From: a virus
Taxonomy: Duplodnaviria; Caudoviricetes
IMG/VR virus record: IMGVR_UViG_3300023213_000518
Span: 1-59,585 of that record
Direction: 5' to 3' (one strand)
Length of the DNA: 59,585 bases
The translations under genes and the position numbers were made by a program. Position 1 is the first letter of the stretch, and every line of letters begins with the position of its first letter. The notes under the pieces are model-generated. The model made no database searches. It was not told the origin of the DNA and saw only the letters and a list, made by a program, of their open reading frames with translations. Below are positions 36,414 to 47,717 of the stretch, piece by piece.

Positions 36414-39400
36414 TTACCTGTACTGCCTATTTATCTGTCTTACATACTGCTGCCAGCTCTCATTTATCAAATCGCCAGAATACGGCTGGAATGGGGACGG
36501 TATCACTGGATCTGTATTTGGACTAGGCGGAGTAGGCACTTCTATAACATTGTTCACATTATCGAAAGAAACAAGACCCAAGGCAGTGTAGATATGGCTG
36601 AGTACTGCAGACCACGGCCCCGTTCCGATAGGATCTGTTGCTCTAGCTTGAAAATATCTCTGACCAACAGCATCATCAACTGTCAGAGGAAATGTAACCG
36701 CAACTGCGAACGGAGACCCACTAACAGCAAAATTGACGGCAGCAGAACCTGATGCAGCAAACATAGTCAAAGAAGCATCTTTGAAACATTGAAAATCAAC
36801 TTTACCAACCTGTATTCCAGACACATTAACAGCAAGAGTCAAAGACTCACCATCAACGACCAGTGTACATACAGGCGGCGGAATGGTGAACTGGAAATTG
36901 AAAGCCGGCGAATATTCATTCTGCAAATTAGCGTAGTAAACAAACCAGTTGAAATTCCTCTTCAGAGCAATGGTATTGTCATAAGTGAAAATCAAATCGG
37001 CGAACGAAGCGAACGTCTGCTTGAACAATAGAGTAGCATTGTCAGAATCACGTATCTCAGAGAATCTTATATTTCTAAGATCACCCGTCAGGCCTATGCT
37101 GATAAGAGGACGCAACGGGTCAGTTATGTTAGCAGTAGCATAAGGTGCGCCCGGAACCAGAGGATAAACTATACGTATCACTCTGGAAAAACGAGATACA
37201 GCAGCACCATTAATTTGTCTAACATACCAAATCTGTTCATACTGCGAGCGGTGCAGTGTCACGTAACGACTAGTTGTACTCGTCACCAACCCGACAGAAT
37301 TTATTCCCCACCCCGAATCGACTCTACGTATCTCTGCTCCTGTTACAGGCAAAGCACCCAAATCAAGCCACACTTGTGGTACGCCACTGTTGGACGGGCC
37401 ATTTGTCGTCGAAACATAATCACCTACACTCAGATGTTGCTCTAGCTGTGCTCCCCAAGCATAAGCAGCAAAAGCAGTCTGTGCAGAACCGAACGGTGAC
37501 CTCACCTGCACCTGTACATCTGGATTGGAATTAGCAGGAGCCGTCCCCGACAGAATAAATCTCTGCCAGTTCTGATTCACTTGTGCAGACAAAATCAGAG
37601 AGAAACTGGCTTGAGGGTTATCTTGCACCACAAGTTCTACTGTCTGTGCACCAGTTGACTTCAACCAAACAGACAAAGTAAAACTTTGGCCACCCACAAG
37701 TGGGGGAGTCACATTCTGTTCTATACCAGCAAGAGTGTTCGCAGCGTGGCCATTAAACGCCAATGTATCAGCAGTAAGTGTCCCATCTGGAGCAATTTGA
37801 TTGTTCGGAGTAACTCCTGTCTGTACTGCAGTCCATGCACTGGTCTGATCAAAAGACTGAGAAAAAGACAACAGGTTCTGCCCTCTAGCTATAGACAAAA
37901 CTTGCAAGTCTAAAAAATCACCAGTGAACATCGTCCCTAGACTATTCAACGTCTGTGCAGGCGGCGTTATGGCAGAATCCTGTGGCTCTAAGACATTCGT
38001 CGGCGTTGGCAGAAACCTTTTTAGCAACTTTTCTACGAACAAATCCTGACCAAACTCAAGAGTGGAAACAATGACTTCGTCAGGAAGAGATTCCACTGAC
38101 ACGTTCACGCTACGCACAAGAAAATTAATCGTGTAGCTCGTCTGTATCAATGACGTCGTATTCGCCGTAGGAAGCGGTGCAGCATTCAGCTCAGCCTGAG
38201 CACCCCAAGCAAAAACAGCAAAGGCAGTATTCACTCCTGCCGGAGATGCTATACTTAACGTTGGCGTAAAAGTGCCAGCTTGTGTTACACTAATGAAGAA
38301 TTTTTGCCACGAAGTCGTAACATGACAAACCAACGTCTGCCCTTGACCATTTCCCAAAACAACATTTACAGGAGCGGCTGCTTTCAACCAAATAGATACC
38401 GTATACGGGCCGGCCACCGCCGTGTTTGATGATGCTTGGGAAATTCTAATAGCACCAGCAGACCCCGAACCATCATAAATCAGTTCATCGGCAGACAAAG
38501 TACCATCCGGTGCAACTGCACTATTTCCACTTACGGTTAATCCCTGTGTGGTAGTCCACACAGAAGAAACCATAAATGCACTACTCCAAAGAAGATAATT
38601 CTGACCTCCTATTCCCCTAGGCGGTGAATAGACCGGCAAATACCTCCCTGAACGTGGAAAGTCTTGCGTCTTGTCACGGAAGTAATCGTAAATCGTGTAG
38701 CTCCCATCATACTGTGGAGCTTCTCTATCAGATATCGTTGCAGAAGCGGCGAGAGCGGCTTCTTCGCTTGTTCTAGGCAAAGGATTTAAATCAGCAAACA
38801 CACCCGTCCTAAAACCGTTGTCTCCGACTAAAGCACCTTCGTTCGAAATGGAAGTCGGATCTTGAACTCTAGCTAGCGCTTTTCCAGCAGCCCAAGATTG
38901 TAAATGAATCCTCGCTCCAGCAGCAGGTATGGTTCCACCAACCCACGTATTCAAATTCGACAAAGAACCGGCATAGAACTGCAGAGCATCGGCATTTACT
39001 CCTTGCACTCCTCCACCTTGCTGTCCGACGATGGTAGCTACTTGCTGGCCAAAACCAAATCCCAAATTATATGGCTCCACCGGGCCCGGCGTCTTTATCG
39101 GCAAGTTCAAACCCGTCGGGCCATACAACGACTGAACAGTAAGAAGGCCTTGCGGCGGCTGATTCAACAAAGTATAGTTTAACGTTAGATTCAACTGCAC
39201 AGCATTCAAAGGTACATACAAACCAAACGACGGCAAACTGGCAGTAGTATAGTATTTCGTCGGAGTCGGTGTTTCAGGATGCAGCAAATCTATGTCCCAC
39301 ACAATGAACGTAATCATGGCTTGTGCGGGAAGGAATGTGTCCCCGAACGGCGTTCCGGCAAGAGTCCTGTAAATCTGATCGTACCTTGACCATCTACGAG

Positions 39401-41162
39401 CGGTTATAAACGTCTCAAGAAAATAGTGATGGTTTATCTTGACTGTTACAGGAGTACTTCCAGGCAGTGGTATTCCGTTCAATATCGGCTGTATCTGTAA
39501 GCCAGACGCACCAGAAAATGTAACAGTTACGGACGTTGTCAACTGCTTGAACGTACCACCAGTCCATGCAGACGCTTGAGCCGTTGTTCCGGCACCACCA
39601 ATTCCCGGAGGGCCAGAACTATAAGAAGAATCAGAGATGCTTAAAACAGGTACACCATTTATTTTTACGGTAAGAACCTGTCCTTGTACTTCCAGTCTAA
39701 GCAAATCGCCACTGTTCAGTGCAAAGTTACCAGAAATCAGTGACGAGAACCCACCGGATAAATACGTACCCAACTGTATCAACACACTATTTCCAAACGG
39801 CCCAAGAGCAAGTGCTGCATACCCATTGCCCGAACCATTAAAACGAACAGCAGGACCTATCGACGTTCCTGCCGCCGGTAGGGCCGCCATCGTAATTTCA
39901 GAGTACTGGTCGTTTGGCCAAGTGACTTGGTTATTTGCAGCCGCACTTGTACCAACCGATTGCGGTTTCGCGCTACCAGCAGAAAAAATAAAGCCGTTGA
40001 AGAATCCACCATTTGCCGGACTAATCCAATTTCCTGCAGAGAAAGCGTCCTGCGCCAACTGAACTCCACTGATAGGCGGTGCAACAGAAAACCCCAACAG
40101 ACAGGCTGCTTGCGTCGGTGGACTTGTACTATAAACACCTCCCACCAAACCGTTACACATTCCGGTAAAGAAAAATTCTCCATGCTGCATATCAAGATGA
40201 CCGCCAAGCTCAACACCGTTCTGGCCTTGTATATACTCCGTTCCCAAAGCACCAGAAGCGGACATCTGAGACGCAAGAGACCCTGACCCTAAAGAAAAAG
40301 CAAACTGTGGGTCAACAACGTTCCAATTGTTTGAAAATTGAGCTTCAGTCCAGTCTTCTTGCAGAAGTAGCCTACTAGAACCACGAAACATAGCATGACG
40401 AAGAGGAAAACTGGAAGTTACACCATCACCGATAAAATAATCATCACGGATATTTTGTGGCTCAACGTCACCTATCACTATGGCATCGTTTACAGGCGGA
40501 ACTGTCAGAACACTGGATTTCAAAGAATATGGATCGAAAGTACCCTGACCCAGTATTTCATTGTACGACACACCCAAGCTCGTCCCACTATAAGGCTCAA
40601 ACACCAACTGCTTGTTTACCATCTGATAGTAAAACCGAGCAGCATCACAAAACGTCTTTGCCAAATCAGACCACTTCTGCGTTGGATCATACTGAAAATA
40701 GGGAATCAAATCTCCAGCTTGTACCCTACTCGTAACATCAAAAAACCCCGGAGCTAAGATATTTGCCAAATTCGACAAAATCTGACCCATAGTCTGATTC
40801 ACAAAAGCCGGTATGAACGGTATCGACTTTATGTTCAGAAGATATTCATCGGATGTGGCCTGTACTACATAACTCTGACGCTGGAACAATGTATTAGGAG
40901 AGTTAGCGCCACTACCCAAATGGTCTACTTGTGGAACTGACGTGACAAAACCGGTAAACAGAAATCGACTTTCTTTAGTACTGAATACCTGTATATAGGA
41001 ATTTCTTACAGGCGGTGTGAACAGATTATCGATGTTTCCAAGAGTGAAGTTACAGAGATTTGGTACGTTGATCGAATCTTCAACTTTCAAAGACCCGTCT
41101 AAAACATAACGGGTTATGTCAACTACGCCGCCACCATTGTTTAGTAGAACTTGTATAGCCAC
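36414..41162 (-). CDS. tail tip / hub-central fibre protein
   Basis: 1582 aa directly after tape measure; hub-like N-terminus (DITRYV, F.GFV); two CBM-like repeats. Confidence 0.7.
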   Translation of the reverse strand: MAIQVLLNNGGGVVDITRYVLDGSLKVEDSINVPNLCNFTLGNIDNLFTPPVRNSYIQVFSTKESRFLFTGFVTSVPQVDHLGSGANSPNTLFQRQSYVVQATSDEYLLNIKSIPFIPAFVNQTMGQILSNLANILAPGFFDVTSRVQAGDLIPYFQYDPTQKWSDLAKTFCDAARFYYQMVNKQLVFEPYSGTSLGVSYNEILGQGTFDPYSLKSSVLTVPPVNDAIVIGDVEPQNIRDDYFIGDGVTSSFPLRHAMFRGSSRLLLQEDWTEAQFSNNWNVVDPQFAFSLGSGSLASQMSASGALGTEYIQGQNGVELGGHLDMQHGEFFFTGMCNGLVGGVYSTSPPTQAACLLGFSVAPPISGVQLAQDAFSAGNWISPANGGFFNGFIFSAGSAKPQSVGTSAAANNQVTWPNDQYSEITMAALPAAGTSIGPAVRFNGSGNGYAALALGPFGNSVLIQLGTYLSGGFSSLISGNFALNSGDLLRLEVQGQVLTVKINGVPVLSISDSSYSSGPPGIGGAGTTAQASAWTGGTFKQLTTSVTVTFSGASGLQIQPILNGIPLPGSTPVTVKINHHYFLETFITARRWSRYDQIYRTLAGTPFGDTFLPAQAMITFIVWDIDLLHPETPTPTKYYTTASLPSFGLYVPLNAVQLNLTLNYTLLNQPPQGLLTVQSLYGPTGLNLPIKTPGPVEPYNLGFGFGQQVATIVGQQGGGVQGVNADALQFYAGSLSNLNTWVGGTIPAAGARIHLQSWAAGKALARVQDPTSISNEGALVGDNGFRTGVFADLNPLPRTSEEAALAASATISDREAPQYDGSYTIYDYFRDKTQDFPRSGRYLPVYSPPRGIGGQNYLLWSSAFMVSSVWTTTQGLTVSGNSAVAPDGTLSADELIYDGSGSAGAIRISQASSNTAVAGPYTVSIWLKAAAPVNVVLGNGQGQTLVCHVTTSWQKFFISVTQAGTFTPTLSIASPAGVNTAFAVFAWGAQAELNAAPLPTANTTSLIQTSYTINFLVRSVNVSVESLPDEVIVSTLEFGQDLFVEKLLKRFLPTPTNVLEPQDSAITPPAQTLNSLGTMFTGDFLDLQVLSIARGQNLLSFSQSFDQTSAWTAVQTGVTPNNQIAPDGTLTADTLAFNGHAANTLAGIEQNVTPPLVGGQSFTLSVWLKSTGAQTVELVVQDNPQASFSLILSAQVNQNWQRFILSGTAPANSNPDVQVQVRSPFGSAQTAFAAYAWGAQLEQHLSVGDYVSTTNGPSNSGVPQVWLDLGALPVTGAEIRRVDSGWGINSVGLVTSTTSRYVTLHRSQYEQIWYVRQINGAAVSRFSRVIRIVYPLVPGAPYATANITDPLRPLISIGLTGDLRNIRFSEIRDSDNATLLFKQTFASFADLIFTYDNTIALKRNFNWFVYYANLQNEYSPAFNFQFTIPPPVCTLVVDGESLTLAVNVSGIQVGKVDFQCFKDASLTMFAASGSAAVNFAVSGSPFAVAVTFPLTVDDAVGQRYFQARATDPIGTGPWSAVLSHIYTALGLVSFDNVNNVIEVPTPPSPNTDPVIPSPFQPYSGDLINESWQQYVRQINRQYR

Positions 41163-41175
41163 AGTCTACTCCACA

Positions 41176-44100
41176 TCATCCAAGCTCACCATTAAATCCA
41201 CCAAACCCCTGCCTTCCCCTGTTAGCATACAACGCTTGGAAAGCAGCATCCAAAACAGACGAAGGTGATTCAACAGGAGACACTCCTGCAACAGACGCTG
41301 CAGCAGAATTCTGTGTAAAACCTCTGCCAACTCCGGGTGGTACTCCAGTACCACCACGACCAACACCTGGAGGCACAGGAGGTATTGGACCTACTGCTGG
41401 AGGTGTTACTGGAGCAGACGGTGGAGCCAAACCCAAAGCTTGCAGCAAAGCTAGCAAACCAGCTGTACTACTTGTCGGTGCACCAGACAAAGCAGCTATG
41501 ATAGCAGCAACTAAAGCAGATCCCTGCGTGCCGCTCATGACATTTATCAATTCTTTCAAAGCGGCTATTCTGGCAATATCTTGATCTATCGTCTGCATCT
41601 GTAACTGAGCCAGCTGCGTCTCAAGACCAACTCTGTCTTGTGCCAAATTGAATATCTTCTCTTCAGACTTCAACCTATAACCAGCAACACTAATCTGTTC
41701 GTTCATCTGCAACAACTGCTGATTTCTCTGCAACTCTATCTGTTCAATCTGTGCCAACTTTGTCTGAGCTTGTGTGCGCATCCTGGTAGGGGCACCAGCA
41801 GCAATAATATCTTGTATCTGCTGGTTTGTTTGGGCAAGATACTGTTGCCTCTGTAACAACAAATCGTTGTACTGCAGAGCATTGTTTATCGCATCCTGCT
41901 CATCTTGATTCAGTGTAGCCAGATTTGTAACTCGCAAATTGGCAAAGCTATCTTTCAGAAACTGATTGGCCTCAACAACATTTCCACCAGCATTAATGTA
42001 CTGCTTGTATTGATCGATGATGGCCTGTACACTCTGCAACAGAGGCTGAAAAGCCGTAGGCGAAGAAACTATCTGTAGATTTTCTCTCAACTGTTTCAAA
42101 ATCTGTGCTTGCTGTGCTTCAAGCTGGGTAATCTGTTGATCTAGCTGTGGCAAAATCTGGTTTAGTTGGTCTCTTCCACCCTTCTTTCCAGACAATTGAG
42201 TTATAGCTTGCTGTCTTTCTTCTTGTAACTGCTGAATCGTCTGCGCCAAAGTAGTTTGCTGAGTAGCAAACTGGCGCATAACGACCGTTATCTGGTCGGT
42301 TATCGTTTTGGCAATATCTTCAGCAGCCTTACGAGCTTTACCACCAAATATTCCACCAAACAAACCTATAGCTGCACCAGCGGCCGCACCAATAGGGCCA
42401 GCAAAAGACAAAGACGCCCCGAACAAACTACCAATACCACTAACGACTTTGCCAATACCCTGACCTATACTCTGTCCACTAATAGCACCAGTAATTCCAG
42501 CTTGTAGCGGCCCTCCCTGTCCCTGTAAGGCAGAAGCAAAAGCACCTATCTGTTGGATTGTTCCAGCAATCGATTTCGTCAAGTCCTGCAAATTCTTTGT
42601 CACATCTCCAATATGCTTCACCAAATCACTGAAAGAAGAATACACAGCCTCCACAGGACTTATAGTGGCCTGTCTAGTCGTAGCACCGGATGGATTTACC
42701 GCTCCCAAACCCGGAACAGATACTACCACATTCGAAGCGGGCTGGGGCGTTCCACCAGAAGGCTGTGTGGCAGGTTGGGGTTGTTCTGAAAACTGCTGCC
42801 TACCTGCAAAAGAAGACAATGTCGAATTCAACGACAATACTGAATTTGTCAATAAACTGAATGCATCTGGAGCTGGTTGCGTCTGTTGCTGTCGACCACT
42901 TCTTTGTCTTTGTTCTTCTTGTTGCCCAACAACCTCCTGTTTTGGTTGCTTCGGAAACAGGCCATCAACAAATGCAGTCAGTGAATCACTTACAGAACCA
43001 AGCGAAGCAACCAAGCTATTTATTACATTTGGAAGAACTTGTTCAGGCGTTTCTTGTTGTATTTTTTGAGCAGCAGTCGGTTCTTCTTTTGGCCTCTCTA
43101 CATAATTCTTTTCTTCTTTTGCAACAGGTGCAGCCGTGACGGGAAGATTGGTAGCTGCTGCTCCCAGCTGCTGCAGCATAGTCTCATAAATAAATGAAGG
43201 CGTATTCAAAAGCAGCTGACTCAAAACATCGTACTGCTCAGCTGAGCTTGCTGGACCAGCTACTCCAGTCGACGATTCGGGTAACTCCTTACCTAACGAA
43301 GACGTCGATGGTTCTTGACTCGGCCGTGCTATCAACGACGGTATAGAACCAGACGGCTGTTCTTCTTGAGGCGACTTTACTCCAGAAATAGATGTGGCAA
43401 ACTGCTGTACCTGTGTAACAGCAGAACCTAAAGCCGAACTAAAACTATCTACTACAGATTTTGCTGTTCCTACTCCAGCACCAAACAAATCAAATGACTT
43501 CTGAAGCTGCTCGTGAAGCTCATCCATAGGAGACTTGATACCCCTCGCACCAAGTCCAGCCTGTGTCGCCCACTTAGAAAAAGCTTCTTGAGCATCAAAA
43601 ATCTTAGAAGCAGAAGCAAGAGCGTCCCTCAGTTGGGTTAGAACTGGTACAGTTACCTTTCCTTCAAGTCTAGTCTGGATATTGTAAGTCTGAACTCTTT
43701 CTTTCAGTCCTATACTACTAAGAGCTTCAGCTATCTGTCCAAAACCAGAACCAAGTACTCCACGTACCCCAACGATTGATTCTTGTAATCTAACTATCTC
43801 GGCGTTTGCTTGAGCAATCTTGTCAGCCAACTTAAGGAACTCGTCGCCGGTGAATAAACCTGACGACATCATAGTAGTCCAAACTTTGATCAACTTCTCA
43901 TACTGACTTATGAGGTTCTCAGTAGCTTTCGTCTGATCGGCGCTACCAAAAACAAATCCACGACCTGCAGGCCCAAAAGACTGAGCCATCCTTCTTTCGG
44001 CTTCAAGAAACTGCAACTGCCTTTGGGATTGTACCTCGGCCTGTCTCAGCTGTAGTTCAGGAATATTTGACTGCAACTTAACCAACTGATTCTCTATATC

Positions 44101-46653
44101 CTGCCTTTTCTTCTGTTCGGCTAGCTGTGTCTCGGTTAACCGTACCTGAGTCTGAGCCCCAGACTTATACTTCAATTCTTCAATGGATATGAAAGTAACC
44201 AACTCATCCTGCAACAAAGCCTTTCTTCTAGTAACATATTCCGACAACGTAATTTCACCATTCTTTTGTGCATCCTCCAAAGCGGATTGCTCTTGCTTCA
44301 GTTCTTCCTGACGAACTTCAAGAATGGATTGGGCCCTAATCTGAGTAGCTTTTTGTTCGTCTTCGTCTTGCTGACGGTCGATAGCAGCAATCTCTTTTGC
44401 AGCAGCAGAACGAGCCAAAACTTTCCTTGACTCGGTAGTCGTATCAAGATCTTTTACTTCCAAAGCGAACTCTGGCCTCTGTATCTGACCAGAAGCTAGT
44501 TGGAACCTCAATTCTTTCAGTCGTGCTTCACGTTCCTGTTCTATCTCTCTCAGAGTATCATTAAGCTCTTCTTGACGATACTGTTTCTTCTTAGCAACAT
44601 ACTCAGCAAGAATCTCTAGTCCAGTTCTGTACGATTCTTCATTCGCATCTTTTTGAGCCTGCAAGCTCTGCTTCTGAATATCAAGAAGTCCTTTTGCGGT
44701 ATCTTGCTCAAGCTTCATCCGCAACTGAGCCAGTTTGCGCTGCAGAGCTATATTCTCGTCTGTGTCAGTTATGATACCCGTTCCCGCCACTCCACCAAAA
44801 GGTACATTCGAAGGAGTCTGTATTCTTTTGAAAGTCTGCTCCAATGAAACCAGCTCATCTTCCATGCTACTAAGATTGGATTTCGACTTTTCAAACAACG
44901 AATCTTTCTTCCCTATACCAAACCATTCTTTACCATAAAAGGAAGGAATAGCCTTGAGCTGGTCTAGCGCACTAGCATCTTTGAGTGAATTAAGAAACTG
45001 TTGTTCTCTCTGCAACGACCGAAACGTATCTTCAAACGAAGGTGGCTTCAAGGTAGCCAAAGCATCTACTACTTCTTTTATCGTGTACTTGACCAGAACA
45101 AAGGTCTCTGCTATCGTCTTCGCCAAGCCTGTTATTGTCGTCAAACGACTAACAAAATCATCAGACAACCTATTGACCTGTCCGAAAGACGCAATAACAA
45201 ACCCTAGCTTGATTGCCTCAAGAGCCTGAACTATCAACGTCTTCAAACTAGAAACAACAGAGATAAGGGCTTTCACCCCCTCTATTGCAGGAACTAGGAA
45301 TACTCCTAATTTTCTTCCAAGCTCTTCTATCAAGTTCCCTTGAGACGACAAAAAATTCAACCCACTAGCAATTACTGCAAACAACTGCTTCATACCTTCA
45401 GACTGTACAAACCCTCTGGCAAAACTTTGGAACAATCTTGTCGTAACTACACTTATTTGATTAAGCTTCTCAGTAAAAGTCTCAGCAGGCTCACCTACAG
45501 CTTCGAATCTTTTCGTTATGGCCTCCAGAGCCTTGTTGAATTCAGCCTGCTTTCTGGCAGCATCAGACATCGTTGCCGACAGCCCACGGACAGCCAAATC
45601 CTCTCTATTTAAGCCCGTAATACGGCCCAAGGCCATGAATCTACCGGTGGCTAGCCCCTGATTAAGGGCATTTATGGCCTGTGTGGCATCTCGGCCCTGG
45701 GCGCGTGCCAGACCCACTGTGGCGCGTGTCAAAGCCGTCATTTGTTCCTCTGTGGCCTTGACACCCGACTGCATGAATTTATTAGCAGTCCTGTAGAGCT
45801 CTACATCGTTTACAAGGTTATGTGTAGCTGTCCGTAGGTCATCGAGAAACTTTGTGGCGTCGATGCCTTTTATCTGTGACAATTTTTCAAACTGTTCTCT
45901 CACTTGCTGTAATGGGCCACTAGATTCAATAAACCTCTTCATCTTGACTGCCAGACCTTCTAGTACATCAGAAAGAAGTGTTCCAGCAGCAACAGCCCCT
46001 GTTAAAATACCACCAAAAGAACTACCACCAAGACCAAACAAACCACCAAAGAATCCTCCACCTCTTCCGCCACCACCTCCTCCACCACTAACACGGCCAC
46101 CACCAATACCAGCAGATAGTCTTTGTTGTGCCAACTGCAATTTAAGTGCGGCCGTCTGGGTCTGTATCTGCGCCGTTGTCGCTCTCTGTTGAGCAGTAGT
46201 CGCCGCAGCTGCTGCTGTTACTTGTTGCTGCTGAGCTTTCTGTTGAATCAGAGCTGCAGTTGCGGCCTGATACTGAACTTTCGTTGTAGCAGCTGTTGCT
46301 GCCAACAACTGCTGTTGGACTTTTTGTTGAATCAAAGCAGCAGTCGTGGCCTGATGCTGTGCTTTTGTTGTAGCAGCAGTAGCAGACAAAAGTTTCTGTT
46401 GTTCAACCTGATTAGCTACCTGTCTAGTGGCCTTAACCCGTTCATTAACTTCAGAACGAATATCGCCAATCGACAATCTGATTTGTTTCAGTCTGTACTC
46501 AAGCCATTGTTTGTCATCTGACCGAGCAGCAGAATCTGACTTTCTCACTTCACTAACTTGCTGCAAAATATCAGCGAGAGCGGCTTTCCAGCTACTAGTG
46601 TCAACTTTCCATTTCAAAAGTACTTGTTTTACTTCCTGCGAAGTAGCTGGCAT
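41176..46653 (-). CDS. tape measure protein
   Basis: 1825 aa, Ala/Gln/Gly helical, AGPIGAAAGAAIG; follows chaperone pair. Confidence 0.85.
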   Translation of the reverse strand: MPATSQEVKQVLLKWKVDTSSWKAALADILQQVSEVRKSDSAARSDDKQWLEYRLKQIRLSIGDIRSEVNERVKATRQVANQVEQQKLLSATAATTKAQHQATTAALIQQKVQQQLLAATAATTKVQYQAATAALIQQKAQQQQVTAAAAATTAQQRATTAQIQTQTAALKLQLAQQRLSAGIGGGRVSGGGGGGGRGGGFFGGLFGLGGSSFGGILTGAVAAGTLLSDVLEGLAVKMKRFIESSGPLQQVREQFEKLSQIKGIDATKFLDDLRTATHNLVNDVELYRTANKFMQSGVKATEEQMTALTRATVGLARAQGRDATQAINALNQGLATGRFMALGRITGLNREDLAVRGLSATMSDAARKQAEFNKALEAITKRFEAVGEPAETFTEKLNQISVVTTRLFQSFARGFVQSEGMKQLFAVIASGLNFLSSQGNLIEELGRKLGVFLVPAIEGVKALISVVSSLKTLIVQALEAIKLGFVIASFGQVNRLSDDFVSRLTTITGLAKTIAETFVLVKYTIKEVVDALATLKPPSFEDTFRSLQREQQFLNSLKDASALDQLKAIPSFYGKEWFGIGKKDSLFEKSKSNLSSMEDELVSLEQTFKRIQTPSNVPFGGVAGTGIITDTDENIALQRKLAQLRMKLEQDTAKGLLDIQKQSLQAQKDANEESYRTGLEILAEYVAKKKQYRQEELNDTLREIEQEREARLKELRFQLASGQIQRPEFALEVKDLDTTTESRKVLARSAAAKEIAAIDRQQDEDEQKATQIRAQSILEVRQEELKQEQSALEDAQKNGEITLSEYVTRRKALLQDELVTFISIEELKYKSGAQTQVRLTETQLAEQKKRQDIENQLVKLQSNIPELQLRQAEVQSQRQLQFLEAERRMAQSFGPAGRGFVFGSADQTKATENLISQYEKLIKVWTTMMSSGLFTGDEFLKLADKIAQANAEIVRLQESIVGVRGVLGSGFGQIAEALSSIGLKERVQTYNIQTRLEGKVTVPVLTQLRDALASASKIFDAQEAFSKWATQAGLGARGIKSPMDELHEQLQKSFDLFGAGVGTAKSVVDSFSSALGSAVTQVQQFATSISGVKSPQEEQPSGSIPSLIARPSQEPSTSSLGKELPESSTGVAGPASSAEQYDVLSQLLLNTPSFIYETMLQQLGAAATNLPVTAAPVAKEEKNYVERPKEEPTAAQKIQQETPEQVLPNVINSLVASLGSVSDSLTAFVDGLFPKQPKQEVVGQQEEQRQRSGRQQQTQPAPDAFSLLTNSVLSLNSTLSSFAGRQQFSEQPQPATQPSGGTPQPASNVVVSVPGLGAVNPSGATTRQATISPVEAVYSSFSDLVKHIGDVTKNLQDLTKSIAGTIQQIGAFASALQGQGGPLQAGITGAISGQSIGQGIGKVVSGIGSLFGASLSFAGPIGAAAGAAIGLFGGIFGGKARKAAEDIAKTITDQITVVMRQFATQQTTLAQTIQQLQEERQQAITQLSGKKGGRDQLNQILPQLDQQITQLEAQQAQILKQLRENLQIVSSPTAFQPLLQSVQAIIDQYKQYINAGGNVVEANQFLKDSFANLRVTNLATLNQDEQDAINNALQYNDLLLQRQQYLAQTNQQIQDIIAAGAPTRMRTQAQTKLAQIEQIELQRNQQLLQMNEQISVAGYRLKSEEKIFNLAQDRVGLETQLAQLQMQTIDQDIARIAALKELINVMSGTQGSALVAAIIAALSGAPTSSTAGLLALLQALGLAPPSAPVTPPAVGPIPPVPPGVGRGGTGVPPGVGRGFTQNSAAASVAGVSPVESPSSVLDAAFQALYANRGRQGFGGFNGELG

Positions 46654-46656
46654 CTT

Positions 46657-47088
46657 TTAACCTCCCTTCCGTGGAGGCCCAAAATTCGGAATGATGGGCA
46701 ATCGTATCCCCTGCATCTGAAAGAACTGATACGCTTCACGTCCCGTCACTCTACGCAAATCAAGTTCTCCTGTCGTTGGATCAAAAAACTTATCAGGAAG
46801 ATTTTCAGGTACGGAAACACCGGCATAGTTCCTCTTCGGTCGTGTAGCTTCATCAGAAACAGAAGATGGTGAACCATGAATTGGCTTCATCTTCTTTTTC
46901 ATCTGGTAGGACGTCTCACAAGAACGCCACGCTGTGAAGAAAATCTCAGAGCGAGTAAATTTAGCGTCCAGCTCTCTCATGGGCATCCTAAACATTTCTA
47001 TCTGAGAAGCTATCGCTGCCACCTCCGGATGAAGAGACGGCTCTATGGTCTCATCTACCGGAAACTTTTCGAAGCTAGCAATAAAAAA
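46657..47088 (-). CDS. tail assembly chaperone, gpT-like portion reached by -1 frameshift
   Basis: -1 frame open from slippery site 47082-47088 into the 46657..47022 ORF. Confidence 0.7.
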   Translation of the reverse strand, partial: FFIASFEKFPVDETIEPSLHPEVAAIASQIEMFRMPMRELDAKFTRSEIFFTAWRSCETSYQMKKKMKPIHGSPSSVSDEATRPKRNYAGVSVPENLPDKFFDPTTGELDLRRVTGREAYQFFQMQGIRLPIIPNFGPPRKGG

Positions 47089-47717
47089 TCCCGTAACCTA
47101 TTACATTCAAACTGAGCTACAACAATCGTTGCAATCCTTTGCGTCGTCAAATGATCTTGTACCCACTGTTCATCAACATCCTCAAGATCGCCATAAGGGT
47201 TCAAAATCGTTGCAGCCATCGAACATAGAACATCCAACACTGGTTCAAAGGCATTCATAAGATCAATCAGTTTCTTTGCAGCATCACCCTCAAGAAGGTT
47301 CATCGTGAGTGACGATATTTCAGTGGCGATAGGCACAAGTCTGTCCTTCGCCAAACGAAGCAACTTTTTTTCTATCTTCTGCGGAAGCTCTTGTATTACA
47401 AAATGTCTCTCTTCTTTCTCATCTTTCCCACGACCCTTGATAATAATCTTGAATTCAAGCAACTCCTGTGTCAACAACTTCTGCAGCTGTTCAGGAGTCG
47501 GTGGGGTCATCTTCTCTTTGAATTCAATCAGAGCCTTGTCTATCTGTTCTTTGTTCTCGGCACGTACTTCTTCAGCCAAGCGAGCAAAGTTCTTGGTATT
47601 TTCTTCATCAGCAAGTTTCTTAACTTCTTGCACAAGAGCAGGCGGATATTTCGTAGCTAACTTCTGTAATGGTGAAAGCTCCATAGTAGCTTGTGTATCA
47701 ACAACCGGTGTCGCCAT
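47055..47717 (-). CDS. tail assembly chaperone, gpG-like
   Basis: between tail tube and tape measure; ends in slippery T TTT TTA. Confidence 0.7.
   Translation of the reverse strand: MATPVVDTQATMELSPLQKLATKYPPALVQEVKKLADEENTKNFARLAEEVRAENKEQIDKALIEFKEKMTPPTPEQLQKLLTQELLEFKIIIKGRGKDEKEERHFVIQELPQKIEKKLLRLAKDRLVPIATEISSLTMNLLEGDAAKKLIDLMNAFEPVLDVLCSMAATILNPYGDLEDVDEQWVQDHLTTQRIATIVVAQFECNRLRDFLLLASKSFR
47082..47088 (-). promoter_or_regulatory. programmed -1 frameshift heptamer TTTTTTA
   Basis: CGG GAT TTT TTA; X XXY YYZ pattern in correct phase. Confidence 0.75.

Noticed and set aside
44899-44908. Isolated CGAATCTTTC copy in the tape measure gene
   Set aside because: No motif B at the expected distance and no periodic neighbours; compatible with chance.
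46000-46400. Repeats in the tape measure 5' region and in the SSB tail (12780-13270)
   Set aside because: Explained by low-complexity protein repeats (QQQ/AATA, Gly runs, Glu runs).
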